64,000 nt of DNA from positions 206,757 through 270,756 of the IMG/VR virus record IMGVR_UViG_3300023049_000005. One strand, written 5' to 3'. Position 1 is the stretch's first letter. Each line of letters opens with the position of its first letter. Of this stretch, positions 58,299 to 64,000 are shown piece by piece. Made by a program: the position numbers and the translations under genes. The notes beneath the pieces were generated by a model. That model was given only the letters and a program-made list of their open reading frames with translations, was not told the origin of the DNA and made no database searches.

Positions 58299-58577
58299 AT
58301 GTCAAATACTAACCACTTCGTTTATATTCTAGAAGATGGTAAAGATATTGCTTACAATGAAATACATTATGTTTACGATGTAAATGATGATAATGACCAT
58401 TCTATAATGTCAGTTAAATTGGTATCTGAAATATATCAATCAGCAACAGCTTATATTTGTGAAATCCCTAGTAACTTAATGGGCGAGTTTAATATCGAAG
58501 ATGGAAATTATTTCATCGATGCTCTTGAGCAAAATTTACTTAATTATATACGTTCTAACGGAAAACCGATTTTTTAA
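58299..58577 (+). CDS. Hypothetical protein
   Basis: 92-aa ORF. Confidence 0.6.
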   Translation: MSNTNHFVYILEDGKDIAYNEIHYVYDVNDDNDHSIMSVKLVSEIYQSATAYICEIPSNLMGEFNIEDGNYFIDALEQNLLNYIRSNGKPIF

Positions 58578-58593
58578 TTTAATAATTTTTTAT

Positions 58594-58601
58594 TACCTTT
58601 G
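58594..58601 (+). promoter_or_regulatory. Bacteroidota-type -7 element TACCTTTG
   Basis: 18 nt upstream of the ATG at 58620. Confidence 0.65.
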
Positions 58602-58619
58602 TACTTTAAACACAACTAA

Positions 58620-59045
58620 ATGGAATTATTTATTATTTACATTATCTCTCATTTAATAGGAGATTTTATATTACAGCCCCGTTGGATGGGTGAAAATAAA
58701 TCGAAAGATTTAATGACATTAGTATCACACGTATCTATATACACGTCAACTATGATCATACTTCCCTCAGCAATAAACTTAACGTTATATAAATTAGGTT
58801 GGACAGAATTACTACTTGATTGGTCATCTTATTTGGTATTATTATCCTTATTCTTAGGACACTTTTTTACTGACATATGGACAAGTAAATTGAGTAGTTA
58901 TTTTAAATTGAGTAGTTATTTCTATTTAAAATATACTGAAACAAACGATAAGAAACATCTAAATTATTTTTGGTGGGTAATAGGAACGGATCAGACGATT
59001 CATTTCATTCACATATATTTAACATTTATTTATTTAGTATTATGA
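58620..59045 (+). CDS. DUF3307-family membrane protein
   Basis: SHLIGDFILQ, SHxxIY, HFFTD, IGTDQTIH; 18-bp tandem duplication (KLSSYF x2) at 58886-58921. Confidence 0.8.
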   Translation: MELFIIYIISHLIGDFILQPRWMGENKSKDLMTLVSHVSIYTSTMIILPSAINLTLYKLGWTELLLDWSSYLVLLSLFLGHFFTDIWTSKLSSYFKLSSYFYLKYTETNDKKHLNYFWWVIGTDQTIHFIHIYLTFIYLVL

Positions 59046-59341
59046 AGAACCCCAAAGTTGATTTAGACAGTAGGATCGTGTGTATTTATCTTAAAACATT
59101 AGGGATGTATTGTTTTGAGAAAATAAACAAAAAGGGAAAAATTGCTAAAACATATAGACCACCTTCTGTTTGTGGTGATAGTTTTTCAGAAGCTGTTGAT
59201 AAAGCAAACCAAGAAGAAGGTATTAAAATAAAGAAAACAAGATTTAAAACCATTGTAATAGATCAGACTAAGTATAAAAATTGGAACGATTACGTAACAG
59301 CAACATTTAAAAAAGCACAAGATGAAAATAGAATTAACTAA
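59042..59341 (+). CDS. Hypothetical protein
   Basis: ATG at 59042 overlaps the upstream stop (ATGA). Confidence 0.55.
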   Translation: MKNPKVDLDSRIVCIYLKTLGMYCFEKINKKGKIAKTYRPPSVCGDSFSEAVDKANQEEGIKIKKTRFKTIVIDQTKYKNWNDYVTATFKKAQDENRIN

Positions 59342-59966
59342 ATTTGGAGAAAGACATTTTAACAGAAGTTTTAATGGAACTAAAATTTTCTCACACAACA
59401 CGAAAGAGTTTGAAAGAGAAGTAAATGATCTAATGAATGCCCTCCCGCTTAACCAAGATGTTATGGACAGAGGTATTACTTTAGAGACAAATGGCGTTAA
59501 GCTTATTAAGGGGTACGCACCTTTTTGTAAGTTATTAGTAGTACCCAACTTCACAGATGCGAAGACAGGTACTATGCCTATTACAATGGAAAACTTCCAA
59601 TACCTTAGATCTGATTACTTTGCTAGAAGTGAGAATGAATTACCTGTTCTTTCTAGATGGTTAGAGATCCCAAGAAGGTTTGTACCTAAGGCTAATTTCT
59701 TAGTAATCATTTTATATAGCTACGATCAACTTTTAGAAGAACATCGTTCGAAACACGGTGATCAGCCATTTAAATTAGAAGATGATACTGATTGGGGAGT
59801 AGTGGCTATATTGGCTCAGATGACAGATGAAGAAGAGCCAATGAAGCCTATTACTATGATCCGTAATGCCATGGATAAAAAGTATGGTGGATCGGGTGTT
59901 GAAATCAATGAAGATTTGTATCAAAAGAGTGTAGATTTTTGGAAAAATAATGCAACTATAAAATAA
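59322..59966 (+). CDS. DUF3228-family protein
   Basis: GYAPFCK, ARSENELPVLSRW, ILYS, EEPMKPITMIRNA, GGSGV. Confidence 0.8.
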   Translation: MKIELTKFGERHFNRSFNGTKIFSHNTKEFEREVNDLMNALPLNQDVMDRGITLETNGVKLIKGYAPFCKLLVVPNFTDAKTGTMPITMENFQYLRSDYFARSENELPVLSRWLEIPRRFVPKANFLVIILYSYDQLLEEHRSKHGDQPFKLEDDTDWGVVAILAQMTDEEEPMKPITMIRNAMDKKYGGSGVEINEDLYQKSVDFWKNNATIK

Positions 59967-60184
59967 TGAAAGTAGAGATATTATCAAGTAGTGGTGTATT
60001 TCAATTACAGCGTGACATAAATGATGAATTAGAGAGAATATCACAAAAGGGGGATGTCGTATTAGATCTGAAATTTACTGATGTTGAAGACGATAGAGCG
60101 TCTAAGAAGATTTCTGTTATGATCATCTATTGTGATAAAGCAGAAATGAGAGATATAAAACTTAACAATATACTAGGTGAATAA
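59966..60184 (+). CDS. Small protein with C-terminal RDxKLxxIL tag
   Basis: Ends KAEMRDIKLNNILGE. Confidence 0.7.
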   Translation: MKVEILSSSGVFQLQRDINDELERISQKGDVVLDLKFTDVEDDRASKKISVMIIYCDKAEMRDIKLNNILGE

Positions 60185-60320
60185 ATACTTAAAATATTCA
60201 ACAGTGGTGATTATTATTCTAATAGTAATCACCCTTTTTTTATACCAATTATCAGAAGTCATTGATATGATACCAACTGATTATGACATCGATAACCCTG
60301 ATGGACATTTTCAAGATTAA
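60177..60320 (+). CDS. Putative 47-aa single-TM protein (GTG start, not in ORF track)
   Basis: VNKYLKYSTVVIIILIVITLFLYQLSEVIDMIPTDYDIDNPDGHFQD*; fills the gap exactly. Confidence 0.5.
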   Translation: MNKYLKYSTVVIIILIVITLFLYQLSEVIDMIPTDYDIDNPDGHFQD

Positions 60321-60351
60321 TATTTAACAAAAAAAGTTTAATATATAATTT

Positions 60352-60777
60352 ATGAAACATATTAAACTTTTCGAAAACCATAATATCGATAATATTTTAG
60401 ATAAGATATCCGATAAAGGAATCGATTCATTATCTAAAAATGAAATCGACTATTTAGACAGCACTAATAGCCCTAATAAACTATTAAGAGAAAGATTAAA
60501 TAACGTTCGTTTTATACAAGAAAGTGTAATGAAAAACGAAGGGTCACTAGGTATGGGCGAGTTACAGGCAGAAGCTTCTCCTGTTGTTACAGAAGAAAGT
60601 AATGAAATACATCTTGTTGAGATGCTATTTGAAGAAACGTGTGATGTGGTAGTATACGGTGGACACAATCTAGAAACCGTAATGAATGAATACCAATTGA
60701 CATATTCTGAGTTAAGTGATGAAACAATTTCTGAAATTTGTAATATAATCAGAAACAGTTATTACTTCGAGGATTAA
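60352..60777 (+). CDS. Tagged protein (MKHIKLFEN)
   Basis: Late promoter at 60339-60347. Confidence 0.7.
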   Translation: MKHIKLFENHNIDNILDKISDKGIDSLSKNEIDYLDSTNSPNKLLRERLNNVRFIQESVMKNEGSLGMGELQAEASPVVTEESNEIHLVEMLFEETCDVVVYGGHNLETVMNEYQLTYSELSDETISEICNIIRNSYYFED

Positions 60778-60779
60778 AT

Positions 60780-61835
60780 ATGCAAGGAATACCAAATGAG
60801 ATAGACGATTGGATCGAGTTACTTTATTTTAGAGTAAGGGATTTTATCTATTACCTAAACGAAGTGGGCAAAATAGATCCATTGATAATTGACTACGGAT
60901 CAGAAGAAGTTGAAAGCTATGGTCTAGTATTCACCAACGAAGATTCAATTGGAGCAGATGATATTGATTCTATCTTTAATGGAAAGATAAAGGATCTATA
61001 TCTAGAAATTATAATCAACACATTACCGAATGAGTACAAAGAGAACATCCGTAAAAATTGGAGTGGTTCTTATGATTATACAAATAGTGTGATCAAAGAC
61101 GATGTTATGTTAGGGTCATCTCTTTGTTTCGAATTCTTCTTTCCTGAAGAAATAATAGAAACAAATGATATTGTTACTTATTTAGAAGATAATTATAAAC
61201 ATAAGATCAAGTCTTATATAGCACATGAACTTACCCATATATATGAATTCTATTTAAAGAAGACAAAGGGTTTTGGTGATAACAAAGAAATGATAATGAA
61301 TTACCATAGTATATTAATGGATCAATATCTAACCGAATTGAATATGAGGTCTATGTGTCCTTCTTGGAATACTTTTCTGTATCTAATATACTTATCATCA
61401 GATTTTGAAATCAATGCAAGAGTAGTTCAATTCTTTTATAGTATAGATAAAAAGGGTAAGACATTCAAAGAATATATGGAACTATTTAAAAAGAGTTATA
61501 TATTTGAGGAATTCACTATGTTAAATGATTTTGATACTAAGGGTTGGTATAGAAACTTAGAATATGATAGAGAATTAGTAGATGATTATATCTTAGATCA
61601 AGAGTGGGTAAATGTTGAAATAACAGATGATAATAGGAAAGAGTTATTAATGTTATCATTAGTTAAAGATTGGGATTATATAGCAGAGAAACTAAGTGAT
61701 AAAAAATTAGAGCGATTACCTGATCAATATATCGAAGATCCGTTATTGTTTGTAGAATCTCAAGTTAAGATATTCAATAGATACGGAAAAAAATTAGAGA
61801 AAAAAATAAAGAGATTATACAACAATTACGTATAA
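60780..61835 (+). CDS. Zincin-like metallopeptidase
   Basis: YIAHELTHIYE...YLSSDFEINAR. Confidence 0.65.
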   Translation: MQGIPNEIDDWIELLYFRVRDFIYYLNEVGKIDPLIIDYGSEEVESYGLVFTNEDSIGADDIDSIFNGKIKDLYLEIIINTLPNEYKENIRKNWSGSYDYTNSVIKDDVMLGSSLCFEFFFPEEIIETNDIVTYLEDNYKHKIKSYIAHELTHIYEFYLKKTKGFGDNKEMIMNYHSILMDQYLTELNMRSMCPSWNTFLYLIYLSSDFEINARVVQFFYSIDKKGKTFKEYMELFKKSYIFEEFTMLNDFDTKGWYRNLEYDRELVDDYILDQEWVNVEITDDNRKELLMLSLVKDWDYIAEKLSDKKLERLPDQYIEDPLLFVESQVKIFNRYGKKLEKKIKRLYNNYV

Positions 61836-61851
61836 AATTATATATAGTATA

Positions 61852-62175
61852 ATGAAGAGTGATAAAGACATACCTATTATAGAACTTAATGATGATGAAA
61901 CATATAATAGTTTTATAAAGAATAATAAAACGCATATATACCGACATACTGTAAACGCTTTAGGTAAACTAGTTGATAGTGGCGAAGAAACACAATTAGT
62001 ATTCGTTTTATCGGGTAAATTAATCGATAAAACGAAGGATTTTGTGATCAGTAGGGACAAGATAGATGAGTACTTAGAAAGGTCTTTAAAACACTTAGAA
62101 AAGGTCGAGGAATATGAATACTGCTCTAGAATAGTAGAAATAAGAAAAAAATGGGAAAATAATGAAAAAAATTAA
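61852..62175 (+). CDS. Hypothetical protein with UVR-like C-terminal helix
   Basis: EKVEEYEYCSRIVEI. Confidence 0.55.
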   Translation: MKSDKDIPIIELNDDETYNSFIKNNKTHIYRHTVNALGKLVDSGEETQLVFVLSGKLIDKTKDFVISRDKIDEYLERSLKHLEKVEEYEYCSRIVEIRKKWENNEKN

Positions 62176-62449
62176 GCTATATTACACATATTTGTATCAA
62201 AATATGATAAATGATGAAGAGTGGGGTGATGTTACGTGGATAGGTAAAATTGCTATATTTTTCCCTTGGTTGATAAGATCTATATTAATATTAGTATTAT
62301 CTCCTATCGGATTCCCTATTTATTTACTATGTAATTCTAAACTATATTTTATATTAGAGGAAAAAGCTATATTATTTTATTTAGATATTATGAAAGATTA
62401 TCAGGAGTTCGTACATGAAATGGAGCAACAAGGAAAAAAGAATGTTTAA
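62162..62449 (+). CDS. Small membrane protein
   Basis: Central hydrophobic stretch. Confidence 0.55.
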   Translation: MKKIKLYYTYLYQNMINDEEWGDVTWIGKIAIFFPWLIRSILILVLSPIGFPIYLLCNSKLYFILEEKAILFYLDIMKDYQEFVHEMEQQGKKNV

Positions 62450-63249
62450 GTTAAAACACCATTGTATATATCTCCAAGAACTTCGTTTGGTATAGTAAAT
62501 TGTTTTTTACCATCTTCGCTATAAAGGATTAATAAATCATTATAATAGACTTTCAAATCATATGATCTACCTGTACTTCTATTGAATCTAATGATAGTTA
62601 TTTCTCCGTTTTCGTCATATCGTAACTTAGACGTACTTAAATTTAATACATCAGCATCAATTTTCTCCCCATTCACATAGATATCAAAATCATTTCTTTT
62701 AGAAGTTAAGAACTTATTTAATTTAATTGATTTTTCTTTTTGGTCTTCTAGTTTATTTACATACTCTTTAGATAAATCTTCTAGATCACTACCATGTTCT
62801 TTAATGAACTTTTGCTTTAATTCTCTTTTCTTTTCTTGGTTTTCATCTGATTTTATAAAAGGATAAGATAGTATAATCTTATATCTTTTTTCATTTAGAT
62901 CATAAACTCCTATACTCCACATATCCTCATTTAATTTAGGATCTTCGGTAATAGTTTGGCAATGTTTTCTTCTACCTTTCTTATCTGTGAAATCCCAATG
63001 GTCTGATAACCTTTCTGGTTGATTTGGCTTATATGTCCAACCAACTTTGTGTGAATAATAACTATGGCTATAAGGAGATTTGTGATAATACAATGACCAA
63101 TTTTCTAAAATATGCTCTAGTAACCTATAATCAATTGTATCAGGAATAGTTTCAAATATAGTATTCATCGGTACTCTAGTATCGCCTTTTTTGAAAGACT
63201 TACCTATTGATTTTTTATACTGATTTAAATTTAATATTTTATTCTCCAT
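62446..63249 (-). CDS. Hypothetical protein (KSPYSHSYY / RLSDHW motifs)
   Basis: 267-aa ORF with tag-like start MENKILNLNQY. Confidence 0.6.
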   Translation of the reverse strand: MENKILNLNQYKKSIGKSFKKGDTRVPMNTIFETIPDTIDYRLLEHILENWSLYYHKSPYSHSYYSHKVGWTYKPNQPERLSDHWDFTDKKGRRKHCQTITEDPKLNEDMWSIGVYDLNEKRYKIILSYPFIKSDENQEKKRELKQKFIKEHGSDLEDLSKEYVNKLEDQKEKSIKLNKFLTSKRNDFDIYVNGEKIDADVLNLSTSKLRYDENGEITIIRFNRSTGRSYDLKVYYNDLLILYSEDGKKQFTIPNEVLGDIYNGVLT

Positions 63250-63562
63250 TTACCTCTTTTATCTCGTTAGTTCCTTTTTCTATACTACGGTTCACATTTG
63301 TTAAGATAGTATTGATTCTCCCCATCTCTTTATATATTTTTCTTAGGTTCACAATAAATATTTCATATTCTTTACGGTCTTCAAATTCACCGAACTCTAT
63401 TTTATCCAAAGCTAGATCCATATTATCTTTGTGGTTATCTAATTCACCTAGAATATCATCAATGTTATTACCTAAATTTTCGATATTATCAATAAATGAT
63501 GTATGTAGATCAACTACATTTTTAAAGTCTTTATGTCCTATATTAAATCTTAGTCCTTTCAT
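63239..63562 (-). CDS. Hypothetical coiled-coil protein
   Basis: 107 aa, co-oriented and overlapping its neighbours. Confidence 0.55.
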   Translation of the reverse strand: MKGLRFNIGHKDFKNVVDLHTSFIDNIENLGNNIDDILGELDNHKDNMDLALDKIEFGEFEDRKEYEIFIVNLRKIYKEMGRINTILTNVNRSIEKGTNEIKEVNGE

Positions 63563-63812
63563 GTTTAGTTAGTTTGATCTTTAGTTCTCCTGTTCCTTTT
63601 ATTACCCTATGGTAAACATCGTGGGGGATAAAGTTACGATTTATTTTCTCAGGTAAGCAATTATCTAATTGTAATTCCCAATCTGTTTCTCCGATGACCT
63701 CTATTGTTCTGTCTTCCTTATCTCTGTGCCAAGAAAATTCTTCTGAATATTGATCAGAAAAGGTACGGATAAATACATTGTCATCCATTTCTTCTTCTTT
63801 AAAAGGGAGCAT
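63543..63812 (-). CDS. Small cupin-like protein
   Basis: WHRDKEDR..IEV..DWELQLDN..IP..YHRVIKG. Confidence 0.65.
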   Translation of the reverse strand: MLPFKEEEMDDNVFIRTFSDQYSEEFSWHRDKEDRTIEVIGETDWELQLDNCLPEKINRNFIPHDVYHRVIKGTGELKIKLTKHERTKI

Positions 63813-64000
63813 TATTTAAAATTAATTTTTATGTCATACTTTTCTGATAGGCGACTCATGAAACCATTTAAATCTATATCGAAATTATATCTGATGTATT
63901 GTTCTTCATCACCGTCACAATCTCCACAACAATAACCATCAGCAAGACCCGTGAATTCCATTCCCTCTGTCTTAATATCTATGAAAGGCATATATTTAAA
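63812..64000 (-). CDS. Hypothetical protein, 3' end (truncated by window edge)
   Basis: Open frame FKYMPFIDIK...CCGDCDG...KINFK*; TAATG overlap with the next gene. Confidence 0.5.
   Translation of the reverse strand, partial: FKYMPFIDIKTEGMEFTGLADGYCCGDCDGDEEQYIRYNFDIDLNGFMSRLSEKYDIKINFK

Noticed and set aside
1-64000. Genome-wide stop-codon reassignment (TAG to Gln, as in some large phages)
   Set aside because: Standard-code ORFs tile the window densely, including 3190- and 1345-aa genes, and TAG ends several complete genes. Only one internal TAG was found.
1-64000. Bacterial chromosome or eukaryotic giant virus origin
   Set aside because: T4-like neck and baseplate genes, a split PolB, mostly hypothetical ORFs, and bacterial-type promoters, SmpB and T9SS CTD indicate a tailed phage.
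1-64000. tRNA, tmRNA, rRNA or CRISPR arrays
   Set aside because: Intergenic gaps are short and AT-rich; no cloverleaf, T-loop or repeat-spacer pattern was seen by eye. A tRNAscan/ARAGORN run is still advisable.

Overview
AT-rich, gene-dense segment of a large T4-like (myovirus) jumbo-phage genome. The host is very probably in Bacteroidota: there are TAnnTTTG -7 promoters, no Shine-Dalgarno motifs, and a phage-encoded T9SS-sorted protein. Recognisable genes are a tail-fibre C-terminus, a gp13-like neck protein, a gp6-like baseplate wedge, a 3190-aa beta-repeat structural protein, the C-terminal half of a split family-B DNA polymerase, a small PolA-like (TV-Pol-type) polymerase, glutamine synthetase II, dCMP deaminase, a NUDIX hydrolase, CinA/PncC, a CCA-adding enzyme, SmpB, an AAA+ ATPase, an M28 peptidase, a patatin and a J-domain protein. 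The most striking unexplained structure is an apparent two-tag protein 'address' system tied to promoter class. (1) About 20 unrelated proteins, mostly behind a TAATATATA late-type promoter, begin with M-x(0-3)-[IV]-K-x-[FY]-x-x-[FY]-x-x-E, resembling the T4 capsid-targeting sequence. Their cargo includes ADP-ribosyltransferase-like, ParB-like, zincin and tRNA-repair domains, and internal copies of the tag sit at domain boundaries (one separates a GNAT from a ParB-like domain). (2) About 12 other, mostly small proteins end in an E-x-R-[DEN]-x-x-[IL]-x-x-[IL]-L helix. I found no protein with both tags. An in-frame amber codon splits one tagged ART-like gene. A third promoter class (AAAC-N17/18-TATAWT) precedes replication and metabolic genes. 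No tRNA, rRNA, CRISPR array or transposon was recognised. All calls were made by eye from motifs; no database searches were run.
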